From NCBI RefSeq assembly GCF_000143415.4, contig NW_003314284.1:1036693-1100692 (forward strand): a DNA stretch of 64,000 bases, in the 5' to 3' direction. The stretch is from Selaginella moellendorffii (lineage: Eukaryota > Plantae > Lycopodiophyta). The position numbers were made by a program, and so were the translations under genes. The first letter of the stretch is position 1, and the number at the start of each line of letters is the position of its first letter. A model generated the notes under the pieces. It was not told where the DNA came from and made no database searches. It saw only the letters and a program-made list of their open reading frames with translations. Positions 1 to 10,572 of the stretch are shown here, piece after piece.

Positions 1-357
1 AGATAGACTTCTATGATCAACTCCATAACTGCCAATCGTGTAAGATCTTGGTAATGTACAAATTGCTCTCAAACTCTCTTCTTCGGATTTCTTGTTTTGC
101 CAAGAGTTGAAAACTCTCTTTCCTAGGTTTTGCATGCTTGGAGCGAGATGAGCATACAGACAGCTACAATCTTTTCAGCACTGGTTGCCTTCCCTCCAGT
201 GAGTCTTGCAGGGAAGGCAGCCTTAAATCCATCAAGAACTTCATCACAAATGTTCTAGAACTGGAGAGCATTGCGGTTCAAGCAGCATCTGGGGATGCCG
301 AATTCAATCATGACACGAGCAGCATTGGATATAAATAGAGAGAAAAAACCGACTTAC

Positions 358-459
358 TCTGGTATCCTTTACGATCTTTCACAGGTGTGACTGCTCCCAA
401 AGTTCTCCAGTTGATGGATTTGGGAGGGTCAGAGCCGACGTTGCCAAACATTCTGATGC
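358..459 (-). pseudogene. Degenerate papain-like (C1A) cysteine protease exon
   Basis: AG/GT-bounded 102-bp exon translates to IRMFGNVGSDPPKSINWRTLGAVTPVKDRKGYQ, matching the papain mature N-terminus (PxSxDWRxxGAVTPVKDQGxCG). No CW(A)F exon was recognised downstream. Confidence 0.5.
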
Positions 460-781
460 CTGCATCACCATCCATCTAGATTACTATCACTGGCGGCATT
501 TGCATTTGCAGCAAACGAAAGCCAGACCAAGAGACGAGGACACATTCTTAGAGAGTTGCTTATCTCGTTAAAACGAAGGGTTATTACAGCAGTTGCAGCA
601 CGAGACTCATGCGGGCGCACTACTGTCGATCTTACGGACGTATTCAAAGAGACTTTGCTAGGACAAAAAAACGTGCACTGAATGAGACTGAAGAAGAAAT
701 CTCTTTGCAAGTTGGCAAAGGATATACAATGCAAATGAGGATCCTTGACTCAAGACAAAATGGCATCGCAAAAACAAACAG

Positions 782-805
782 GAGAGAGAGAGAGAGAGAG
801 AGAGA
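782..805. repeat. (GA)n microsatellite
   Basis: About 12 GA units seen directly. Confidence 0.9.
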
Positions 806-865
806 ATTTAAACTCTACCTCTGAAGTGTTTGTACGGCTCCTCGAATCCAATTCAAGCCAGACTT

Positions 866-1590
866 TCAGTTTAGCTTGAACTCCGCATCTCTGGAATACC
901 ATTCATCAGCACTCGTGTACTTGCAATCTTGCAAAAGCTCGCCCGTCGTCAGCATTTGATAAAGAAGACATCGAAACCTTATACGAAAGCGCTGACATTT
1001 CAACCCAGCCGTTCGAACCATGGTCGAATGTGTGATCACCTCCACCTGCATCTGGATCAAACACACCGAGTACGAACCAAAAACAAAAAAAACAAAAAAA
1101 AAAAAACTCTCAGGTTGTACCCTTCCCGCAGAGGCAAAGGCACACCAATAGAACCTATGAAAAACTCGGGCTGAATCAAAGAAGACCGCGGGTGAAAAAC
1201 GTCCTCCACAATCGCATAGCCAATGGGCAGACCTCACCTCGGTAGAGCACCGTTATCTCGAGATCCGCATGGTAGAAATCCACGTTCTTGTTTGGATTGG
1301 TGATGTTGAGGATGCAAAACATGACGAACCTCAACGTGTAAGCGTAGTCGTTTCCTCTTCCTTTTAGCTGCTGCTGCTCCAATGGATCCACTGGGATCAC
1401 CTGTCCATACATCATCTCCATGAACAGGACGGCCGGGCGAGGATGGTGGTAGGGAAATCCAGTAGTAAACGAGCCCAGCAGCCACGGAGAGGATTCCAAT
1501 GACCAGCAGCAATCGAAAGAGCTCGGTTCCAGATTCCTGCTGCTGCTGCTGGAGTTGCTGCTGTAGTGGGTCTTGTGTGTCCGATCCGAT
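866..1590 (-). pseudogene. Frameshifted NDR1/HIN1-like (LEA_2) gene
   Basis: A TM segment (LLLVIGILSVAAGLVYYW) in one frame is followed by LNITNPNKNVDFYHADLEITVLYRGE in another. Frameshifts lie near 1450 and 1235. The 5' end is replaced by the zinc-finger module at ~1590. Confidence 0.55.
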
Positions 1591-2512
1591 AGTCACAGCC
1601 AATGTTCTGGCTCAACCAAGGCTCCCTCGGCCCCAGCTCCTACTCCGAAAGTCCTGGCCTGCAGTGACTGTGGAGCGAAGTTCCGGGATCACCATCAACA
1701 CCAGTGCTCGTCAGCAACGCATATGAAGGGTGACGCCCACGGGACGGGGCAAAGCACTTCTCATGCTTCGTGTGCGGCGCGAAGTTCGACTCCCGCAGTA
1801 CCTGGACCAGAACTTCCTGGTAAAGCACGCAGGTAACCACTCCTCTGGCCAGTTTCCAGAAGCTCTCTCGTTATTTACCCGTGTTTTTTCAGTGGAGAGC
1901 ACGCGCAACGACGACCCGGAACGAGGAAGAGTCATCGCACACTTCCATGCGAAATGGAACCATCCAGGCAGCGAAGCGTCCGTCATTGACATCCTCCGCG
2001 TGTACAATCCGGTCACAGGGTGAAGCGGTTCGTGGACTACAGAGAAAAGCTGATGGCCCAGAGAGGCAGCAAGGACGAGAAGATTGGAAAGAATGGAAAC
2101 GAGGTCCTGCGCTTCCATGGCACAACGGTTTTGTGCGGGCTCGGGACGCTGCAGCAGCAGTCACTGTGCAGCAATCTCTCGTGCAGCCTCTGCAACATCA
2201 TCCTGATTCAAGAAGAAGAAAGCAAAGGTTGATGGATTCCTCCGGTTTGGGGCGGCGATCTATGTGACGGCAGCCAGCAGCAAGGCAAACTACTATGTCA
2301 AGGCCTACGGCAGCTCCTCGGGTTCCAGGCACCATGCCATGCTCGTGTGTAAGGTTCTGGCCAGGCGAGTGTTCAAGGTGACCGAGGACAGGCCGAGTTG
2401 GTTGCTCCACCAGATGGCTATCACTCCATGTCTAGTGAAGTGGGAGGGATCCTCAACTTTGATGAGCTTGTGGTGTAATGCTGCCATCTTGCCTCAGTTT
2501 ATTATTGTCTGA
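1590..2512 (+). pseudogene. C2H2 zinc finger + ADP-ribosyltransferase (PARP-like) gene, copy 1
   Basis: CSDC finger, then GNEVLRFHGTT, CSNLSCSLCNII, RFG..IYVTAASSKANYY, MLVCKVLA and LNFDELVV..AAILPQFIIV, spread over several frames. Confidence 0.75.
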
Positions 2513-2519
2513 TGGCTAA

Positions 2520-2640
2520 AACTTTAGTTTTAATTCAAGTATTTAAAGGTACTTTTATTAGATGAAGTAACCTTTTCCTTTTCCCTAACTCTATATAAAT
2601 TAGCTTGTGCATTAGGTTTTGCCATATTAAGGTTTTGGCG
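2520..2640 (+). promoter_or_regulatory. Repeated TATA-containing promoter/5'UTR module
   Basis: CTATATAAAT at 2591-2600. Near-identical modules occur at ~6127-6248 (-), ~18324-18445 (-) and ~22763-22885 (-), each abutting an ATG. Confidence 0.5.
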
Positions 2641-3597
2641 AGATGGTCGAGGATCTTAGTGTTCGTGGTTGCAATCTTGGCTCTTTGCGTGTGCGTGTAT
2701 GGGAGGTCGATTCCTCAACTCAGGACTATCTACATGGGAGATTCAATCTTCGACGTGGGCACAAACAAATATGTGAAGAATTCAGTTTCGCGTTGTGATT
2801 TTGTGCCATATGGGGAGACGAGGTTTAGCAAGCCATCTGGGAGGTGTAGCGATGGGTTTATAATTCCAGATCTGATAAACAAGGTGATAGGTTTGCCCTT
2901 TTCAAGACCATTCCTGGGCTTGAAAGCTGGGAGTCAACTTCCACTAAGCATTAATTTTGCGTCAGACGGCAGTGGCTTACTCGACTCTACTCACTCGGAC
3001 TGGGGCGTTGTGTCGTTTAACGAGCAGCTAAAGCAGCTCGCGCAGCTCTCCAAGAAAAATCTCAATCTCAATGATTTTGTGGTTGTGATATCTTCTGCTG
3101 GGAATGATATTGCGGCAAATCTTCAAAACATTGCTGATATTGACTTGAAAGCAATGTTAATGTCATTAGAGAAAGGATTGGAACAGCTATACAAGTATGG
3201 ATTTCGAAAGATCGTCTACTCAAGTGTTGGGGCACTAGGATGTTCACCTATTGTGACCTCTGGAGGAAAATGTGTGAGCGAGATTAACAATCTGGTGGAA
3301 GAATTCAATGTGCAAGCTCGGGAGATTGTTTTAGGGGTGGCAAAGAGATTTCCAGGGATGAAAGGAACATTTGTGGATGGCTACTCTTTGATCAAATCAT
3401 ACGTGGAGAACCCAAAGAGGTTTGGATTTAAGAATTCCGGGGGTTGTTGTCCCAATTGCCTTTCACAAAAGAATACATTGAGTGGGCTGTGCAAGAATCC
3501 AAGCGATTACGTCTTTTGGGATATAATACACCCAACTGAACACACGTATATGCTGTTAGCCAAGGAATTCATGAAGAAAATCATAGAAGTGTTGTAA
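2605..3597 (+). CDS. Intronless GDSL/SGNH esterase-lipase, copy 1 (native start codon out of frame)
   Basis: Blocks GDSIFDVG, GRCSDG, SAGND and WDIIHPT are present. An 8-bp deletion relative to copy 3 puts ATG 2643 out of frame; the first in-frame ATG is 2734. Confidence 0.8.
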   Translation: MCIRFCHIKVLARWSRILVFVVAILALCVCVYGRSIPQLRTIYMGDSIFDVGTNKYVKNSVSRCDFVPYGETRFSKPSGRCSDGFIIPDLINKVIGLPFSRPFLGLKAGSQLPLSINFASDGSGLLDSTHSDWGVVSFNEQLKQLAQLSKKNLNLNDFVVVISSAGNDIAANLQNIADIDLKAMLMSLEKGLEQLYKYGFRKIVYSSVGALGCSPIVTSGGKCVSEINNLVEEFNVQAREIVLGVAKRFPGMKGTFVDGYSLIKSYVENPKRFGFKNSGGCCPNCLSQKNTLSGLCKNPSDYVFWDIIHPTEHTYMLLAKEFMKKIIEVL

Positions 3598-4538
3598 AAT
3601 TAACAAATTTATTTGTTTTGTGGGATGAATTCCTTGTTTTTTCTGCAAGAAATATGTAGAAGAATGAAATATATTTAAACTTTCTTGCTTAAAAGATACT
3701 CGAAATATTTTTTATGTGCTAACTGATCTGCCTTGACTGGAGAAAAAGCCATTTCATCCGTTTGAACGTCAATGCAGATCAACAGATTTTGGGAGGCTAC
3801 TGTTGTTGTTTGAATCGAATCGTACTCCATTGCCATCAGCGACATAGCCTCTCAATAACGGTTTGCCAAAAGAGCCGAGGTGTACATGGTACTCCTCAAA
3901 CATCTCCAAGCAAATACAAAAAGGAAAAAGTGTGAGCTTGCTTTGATCTGACTCACCAACAAGTGAACCACATATGATCACCGAGTCAAGCTTAACTTAT
4001 AATGGTTGTACTTGCCTTCAACTTTACTTGTTTCAGTCTCTGCGCAGACAGAGAACTGGCAACTCTTACGAGGAAAGATGGATCTGAAGTTCGATCCAGC
4101 CTCCAAGACGAGCGACCTCCTGCCGTGATCGAGTTTGGAGTTCTTATCACCACCACCACGCACATCGGTCATCTCGTCCTGTATGACTAAGCCCAAGTTG
4201 GCCGCCGATTACTGCAAGTAAGCGTTGCCTCTACCCGCTGTCCACGAACCCTTCGTTGTGGCCATGGTCGCGACGAGAGCAGGCTGAGAGAGCTAGCGAG
4301 ATAAACTCTATTCATCGTTGGCAACTGTATTCGTCGTGAGATTCGCTAGAATTGCGAAGTTAGCTCTTTCAAAGCGTTTCTCTTAAATGAAAGTTTGAAA
4401 GGTTTCTTGCCTGGCTGAGAGCTTGCAGTTTTTCCTCTGGACTCCTTACTTTCAAAATATAAGTCTCCAAAGAGAAAGAATCTATAAATCACAAAATAAC
4501 CTTACCTAATGCTTGTGGAGAGCTTTGTGATGGAATGA

Positions 4539-4866
4539 ATGGACGCTGTCTGGAGTTCCAGCTCTTCTCCGCGGCTCACCAGCGATGTAGCAGTAGTGGG
4601 TTCTAGTCCAAGTTTGCGCTGCAGCAGCGACACCACCAAATGCTACGCCGAGGCGTTGCGAAGATGCGGGAGCAACCAGAACCTCTGGGAAGGCAAGAGG
4701 CTCCACTTCCTCCTCAAGTCCCACGGCTACGACGGCGATACGTTTCTACGTTTCTCTGGAATTTGCTCGTCCAGATGTATGGTAAACGCGGCGAGCTGGA
4801 TCAAGCGCGAAGTGCCTTCGACCGGATAGTCACCAGGAACGTCTTCTCTTGGACAATCCTCATCCT
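4539..4866 (+). pseudogene. PLS-class PPR gene 5' fragment
   Basis: YAEALRRCG..EGKRLH..NLLVQMYGK.GELDQARSAFDRI..RNVFSWTILI. Frameshifted by a short tandem duplication (CGTTTCTA CGTTTCT) at ~4741 and then truncated. Confidence 0.8.
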
Positions 4867-4869
4867 CGC

Positions 4870-5170
4870 CTCGCCATCGCTTCATAGTTTTAGTGTTTAT
4901 ACTTTACCTTTTATTACTAATTTTGAAGTTTTAAAATGTGAACTTTCATCTAATTTCAAGCTACTGACGGCTAGTTCTCTTGAAGAGCAAGAAGAGCCAC
5001 AGAGCATCGCTTCCTGTTCATCTTCCAGTGGGAGCAGCTCTAAACTTCTATGTTGTTGGAACGATAAAACACGCAGAGGACTCTTGAAAACACCAGTTCA
5101 ACTAGCAAACTTATCAAGTACATGAAAACATTAGGAACGACGGACACTGAAGACTATAGATGCAACTGCG
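4870..5170. repeat. ~300-400 bp non-coding module, four copies
   Basis: Also at ~8595-8980 (inverted), ~19005-19300 (direct) and ~25165-25482 (inverted). Confidence 0.85.
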
Positions 5171-5299
5171 AGCAATCTCAACAGTACATCCAGCGTACGA
5201 AAAACGTTTATATTGCAAGAACGAGGAACGCTCCAAAAAGCGTGGAAGGTAAGGACGTTTCTCTTTCAGTAAAAGTTTGATCCTTCTCATTCTTTCAGC

Positions 5300-5625
5300 C
5301 CTGCAAAGCTCCTGGTTGTTTGAGGTCGTTTACGAGCAGGGAGTACATGCTACAACCCTTCAGAGCATCTCGGAGACTTCATTCAATAGCATCTCGGGAG
5401 CTTCAGTGAGTGCCAATACAGCAGCTCCGCGCTCGATCGTCTACCTTGAACAGTTCAACAATTGTTTCGCCAACGAGCGGGCAGCGGCCTTAGAGAGCAT
5501 CTGATGACGGCCAGCTGATGTATTTGCCACTTGTGGAAGACAGCATGGGCAGATTGAATTCAGACTCATCGGTCTACAAGGCTCTGGAGAGGGGCAAAAA
5601 CAGCCTTGAAAAGCTGAGATCCATG
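5300..5625 (+). pseudogene. Degenerate C2H2 zinc-finger exon (5' part of the ZnF-ART family)
   Basis: After TTTCAG it reads PCKAPGCLRSFTSREYMLQ, identical to the first finger of copy 3 at ~19410. Confidence 0.55.
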
Positions 5626-6126
5626 CCAGTCAATATCAGCAATGTTTTGAAGATTTACCGCAATATCATTCCCAGCAGAAGATATCACAACCACAAAATC
5701 ATTGAGATTGAGATTTTTCTTAGAGAGCTGCGCGAGCTGCTTTAGCTGCTCGTTAAACGACACAACGCCCCAGTCCGAGTGAGTGGAGTCACTGCCATCT
5801 GACGCAAACTTAATGCTTGGTGGAAGTTGACTCCCAGCTTTTAAGCCCAGGAATGGTCTTGAAAAGGGCAAACCTATCGCCTCGTTTATCAGATCTGGAA
5901 TTATAAACCCATCGCTTCACCTCCCGGATGGCTTGCTAAACCTCGTCACCCCATATGGCACAAAATCACAACGCGAAACTGAATCCTTCACATATTTGTT
6001 TGTGCCCACGTCGAAGATTGAATCTCCCATGTAGATAGTCCTGAGTTGAGGAATCGACCTCCCATACACGCACACGCAAAGAGCCAAGATTGCAACCACG
6101 AACACTAAGATCCTCGACCACTTCAT
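5626..6126 (-). pseudogene. GDSL lipase copy 2, truncated
   Basis: Starts MKWSRILV. Has a TGT>TGA stop at 5917 and a 9-bp deletion, and is truncated after NIADID. Part of an inverted copy of 2430-3140. Confidence 0.9.
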
Positions 6127-6644
6127 CAAAACCTTAATATGGCAAAACCTAATGTACAAACTAATTTATATAGAGTTAGGGAAAAGGAAAAGGTTACTTC
6201 ATCTAATAAAAGTACCTTTAAATACTTGAATGAAACTAAAGTTTTAGCAAGCATTGTCTACACGATATCATAGACGATAATAAACTGAGGCACAAGCTCA
6301 TCAAAGTTGAGGATCCCTCCCACTTTGCCGAGACTTGGGAGAAGGCAGTGGAGATGTGATGCACAGCTTGGGCGTAGAGATCAAACGGGCCGATCATCAG
6401 AAGCAGCAGAAGAAAAGGCCTTGCGACTTACCACTCTGCTGCAAACAGCGCTGTAAAGCAGCGGTGGTTGATAGATATGGCTGTCGAGGATATACTAGGC
6501 CGAGAGATGCGACACCATGCTGTGCCGCCCTCCCGCCACCGGAAATCTTTGCCCATGTGCGCTAGGGCACATGGGTACAGTTCCCGAACTCCTCTCTTCC
6601 AACAATCACACCTATAAGTTGAATTCTTCAAAGTTGACAACGTC

Positions 6645-7405
6645 CTGTGGAGCGAAGTTCCGGGATCACCAGCAGCTCCATCAACACCAGCGCTCGTCAG
6701 TAACGCATTATGAAGGTTGACGCCCACGGGACGGGGGAAACCACTTCGTGTGCGGCGCGAAGTCCGACTCCCCGCAGTACCTGGACCAGCACTTCCTGTT
6801 AAAGCACGCAGGTACAGTTTCCAGAAGCTCTCTCGTTATTTACCCGTGTTTTTTCAGTGGAGAGCATGCGCAAGGACGACCCGGAACGAGGAAGAGTCAT
6901 CGCATACTTCCATGCGAAATGGAACCATCCAGGCAGCGAAGCGTCCGTCATTGACATCCTCCGCGTGTACAATCCGGTCACAGGGTGAAGCGGTTCGCGG
7001 ACTACAGAGAAAAGCTGATGGCCCTGAGAGGCAACAGGGACGGAAAGAATGTAAAGGAGGTCCTGCGCTTCCACGACACGACGGTCTTGTGCGGGCTTCT
7101 CCGCAGCAACAGTCAACCAGTCAACCGGCTTCTCCGCTGCAACAGTCACTGTGCAGCAATCTCTCGTGCAGCCTCTGCAACATCATCCTGGCCGCATTCA
7201 AGAAGAAGAAAGCAAAGGTGGATGGATTCCTCCGGTTTGGGCCGGGGATATATGTGACAGCAACCAGCAGCAAGGCAAACTACTATGTCAAGGCCTCCTC
7301 GGGTTCCAGGCCCCATGCCATTCTCGTTTGTAAGGTTCTGGCCGGGATGGTGTTCAAGGTGACCGAGGACAGGCCGAGTTATGGCTATCACTCCGTGTCT
7401 TGTGA
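6645..7405 (+). pseudogene. ZnF-ART copy 2
   Basis: CGAKFRDHQQLHQH, RFHDTT and FLRFGPGIYVTATSSKANYY are present. It is frameshifted and lacks the final DELVV strand. Confidence 0.75.
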
Positions 7406-7469
7406 GATTGGCTATGGTCTGTTGTTTGTTGTTTTTCGTCTTTCGTCCCTGTCCCTGACTATTCTCTGA

Positions 7470-8080
7470 TGTAGACGATGAGAATGAACACGAGAGCAAT
7501 CCCACCGGCCGTGTCAATCTCAAGGAAGTCCTCTGGATCGACCAGATAGTGGGAAATGTTCTTCGCAAGGTGAGCCTTTCGTTTCTTTTTCCTGGTCATG
7601 AAGAAGTTTGCGAAAGAACTTTCTCATATTTGAGACTGATGATGTGTTTCAGCTTAACATGGCTTTGGAGTATCTTCAACCAGCTTTTGGAAGTGTCATA
7701 GTGGATGTGAGTTGCAGGTCCCCTAGGTAATTGACCGAGAGATGGCCATTGGTTGTTAGAACACGAACTTCTTGTAAGATTCTGCGCTATATGTGCTTTC
7801 ACTAGCAACCTTCTGGTGGTTCAAACAGGTTGGAAGATACAAGTACATGTGATTGATAACGAGCTATGCACTTACATCCTATAACGAACCCAGAGAAAAA
7901 AGGCAACTACAAGAATTATATTGAGGTATGCTATGATTCTCTGATCATCCAAACTAAATTGTGTATTTTTTCCAGGTGCTTTGACGGGGACAAGTATGAC
8001 ATTTACCTTGGGAGGACAAGTATTATTAAACTTCTAAGAATCAAGAGGAGTTTATCAAGCAGCTGCTCTATTGTTTGAGG
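7470..8080 (+). pseudogene. Orphan multi-exon gene remnant (copy at ~24100-24710)
   Basis: AG/GT-bounded exon-like blocks (DENEHESNPTGRVNLKEVLWIDQIVGNVLRK|GTGAG) with stops. Family not recognised. Confidence 0.3.
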
Positions 8081-8974
8081 CTTTTGGTTGCAACACTTTC
8101 AGTAAATACTTTTGTATATTGTTTTCTTGCATGTTTACTCTTAACTCATCTATTCAAGATTTATGTAATCCGTGAATATGCATGATTTAGCATGACTTTT
8201 CTCGCTGGAAGTTTCTCTTACGCTGGCTCTCACTGTAAGTATCACTGTTAAGTTTTCTCTTGAGTTATCCAAGCTCTTTATACTTGGTGTTTGTTTTTTC
8301 AGTGCTCCCTGGCCGTGATCGAGAGAGGGATTTGGAACTCCAGTTTTGTTTGTTTATCAAAACTATGGTTTTTCCATAGCTTGATGATGGCACTGGGCCG
8401 CAGTGTCACTCAGGCAAGATGCACTTATATTGTCCAAAGGAGGTGAAGCCATTCAAGAGGCTTCACTCTCGTCAAGCTTCGAGATTTTTTTCCATTTATT
8501 CGTTTGCTAAGTAAACTAACTTGAATTTTGCACGACTTTGCATAAGTCAAAACATTGTTGCTAAAAAAAGCCTCTGTGGGGAGTTACAAGTTATTATGCC
8601 TACGTGGCATATTGTTGCATCTATAGTCTTCTGTGCGCATCGTTCCTAATGTTTTCATGTACTTGATAAGTTTGCTGGTTGAACTGGTGTTTTCAAGAGT
8701 CCTCTGCGCGTTTTATTGTTCCAACAACATAGAAGTTTAAAGCTGCTCCCACTGGATGATGAGCAGGAAGTGGTGCTTTGGGTCTTCCGTGACTTGCATG
8801 CTCTTCTATGTGTCCATGCTCTTCCAGGGAACTAGCCGTCAGTAGCTTGAAATTAGAAGTTCATTGCCGTTGCTCATTGGAAGTCCACATTTTAAAGCTT
8901 CAAAAGTTAACCTTGTTAATTTTATAGACTTTGGTAATAGAAGGGAAAAGACGCCACCCTAAAACTAGGAAGCG

Positions 8975-10440
8975 ATGGCGGCTAGCTCACAAAGTAAGAG
9001 ACTGTTGTGTACTTTGGGACTGATTGAGGCTGGCCATTTCCAGGCGCACCTCTTTCGGAAGCATCGTCTGTGGCGGAGTTGAGACAGTTCATCAGCCTGA
9101 CTTGCTCCTCCTTAGTTTCCGACGTTGTGCTGGAGACGCTCACGGCTGCTGCGGCGACCACAATGGTGCGAAAGAAAGCCATTCATGGCTTTCGGACGTG
9201 CTCAAGGAAGGCCATGGACGGCTCTACGATCTGGTCAAGCAGCTCGCGCCCCCACCCCCTACCGCTATAAAGGTTACTACACACTAGCTCTTTCCATGTC
9301 TTTACTTTTGTTATCGTGTTCCCCAGAAGCAGCTCCATGCCAATCCATTCGCGGACTTCAAAGCCAAAGATCGTTGCTTACAGCTGCCCAAGGATCTCGA
9401 TTTTCTGCTGGAGGGCTATGACGAGGAACGAGTGAACTGTACGCTCGACTTCGATCTTGGGCTCACCGACGAAGAAGCTAACCAAGTGACACTGGCTCTG
9501 TCAGAGAATCACTTCCCCGTGTGGCTTATGGAACCATGCACATTCCTCACATTTGAGGAGAACTTGGATATAAGGGTTCAAGTAGTCCGGCTCTGGATAA
9601 GTGCGTCCAAGCTACCACTCTATGTTGGATGCACCACAACTTGTAAGTTCTGGACTGGTCTTTGGATGATCTAGCTAAAGAATGTGTCAGTTGAAGAGCC
9701 CAGGCAAATGGCAGTGCCGCCGACAGAACCGGCTGACTTCGCTTTAGAAGAGAACCTCCCATCGACGTTCCAGATCAGAATGAGGGAGACGACGCTGATA
9801 GGCATGCACTGGTATTTTGGAACTCGAAAAAGCTTCCAATGGTTTCGAAATTTAATCACGTTGATTGCTTGCAGGTCCAAAACCATGGGCTGGTCTCTGC
9901 AGCATCCGGCGCCTAACGACTTGCCCGAGACTTGCCCGGCCTTCTTCAAGTGTTACGCGAAGGTGCGTTACCCCATCACGAAAACCGAGGGAGGCTACCC
10001 GTCCCACGGTCGGATCACCGGTGATTGCGAGGTTGACAAGATTGAGTTTGAGGAGAGCATGGAAGACGATTTACATGATCTCAAGTGTAGGGAAACGCCG
10101 CGGGTGTACAGGCGGCTCGCCGCATTGATCTACTCCAGGGATGTTTGAGATGCATCTTCCGGGACAGTTTCATTTCTTTGAGCGCATTGAGCTTTGGGTG
10201 TGCAAAAATCCCGCCACAAAAGAGAGCGAACCAATCCATGTAAGTGAACTATTGACATTCGCCCTCAAATCCCATTTCCATGAAACACCGGCTCTCAGGG
10301 AAAAAACTTTTCAAGCTTTCATTTGAAAGTTTCTTTGAAACGTTTGAAAAGAGCCACTTTGTTCTAGCGAGACTGTTCTATACATTCGCTAGGACAAACA
10401 AGTTTACCTCGCTATTGCTGCGTACAAGACCACTATCGAA
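8975..10440 (+). pseudogene. Orphan spliced gene, frameshifted copy
   Basis: Paralog of the gene starting at 25476. A 10-bp deletion near 9201 shifts the frame. Confidence 0.5.
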
Positions 10441-10484
10441 GCCTATAATAGAAGTCGCAGTCCTCGACACTCTCCCCGCAGAAC

Positions 10485-10572
10485 TGAGACAAATCGGGAT
10501 CAAAGCGCACCGCGCTAGCGGACAGAACAGGAAAACCCTAATGGACACGTGGCGAGGGTGTGTCATGTAACA
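10485..10572 (-). repeat. 3' LTR (88 bp)
   Basis: Direct repeat of 14706-14793 with one mismatch (10560 G vs 14781 T). Confidence 0.97.

Larger units (their letters stand above)
2515..4870. repeat. ~2.3 kb segment inverted-duplicated at ~16170-18445
   Basis: GDSL, its 3' flank, the 3770-4290 block and the PPR 5' fragment recur in reverse order and orientation (e.g. ORF 3978-4196 vs 16654-16872). Confidence 0.9.

Noticed and set aside
9672-9674. Shared in-frame TAG in both orphan copies (also 26185) as readthrough or RNA editing
   Set aside because: TAG fits a 3' splice acceptor of a ~49-nt intron that preserves the frame.
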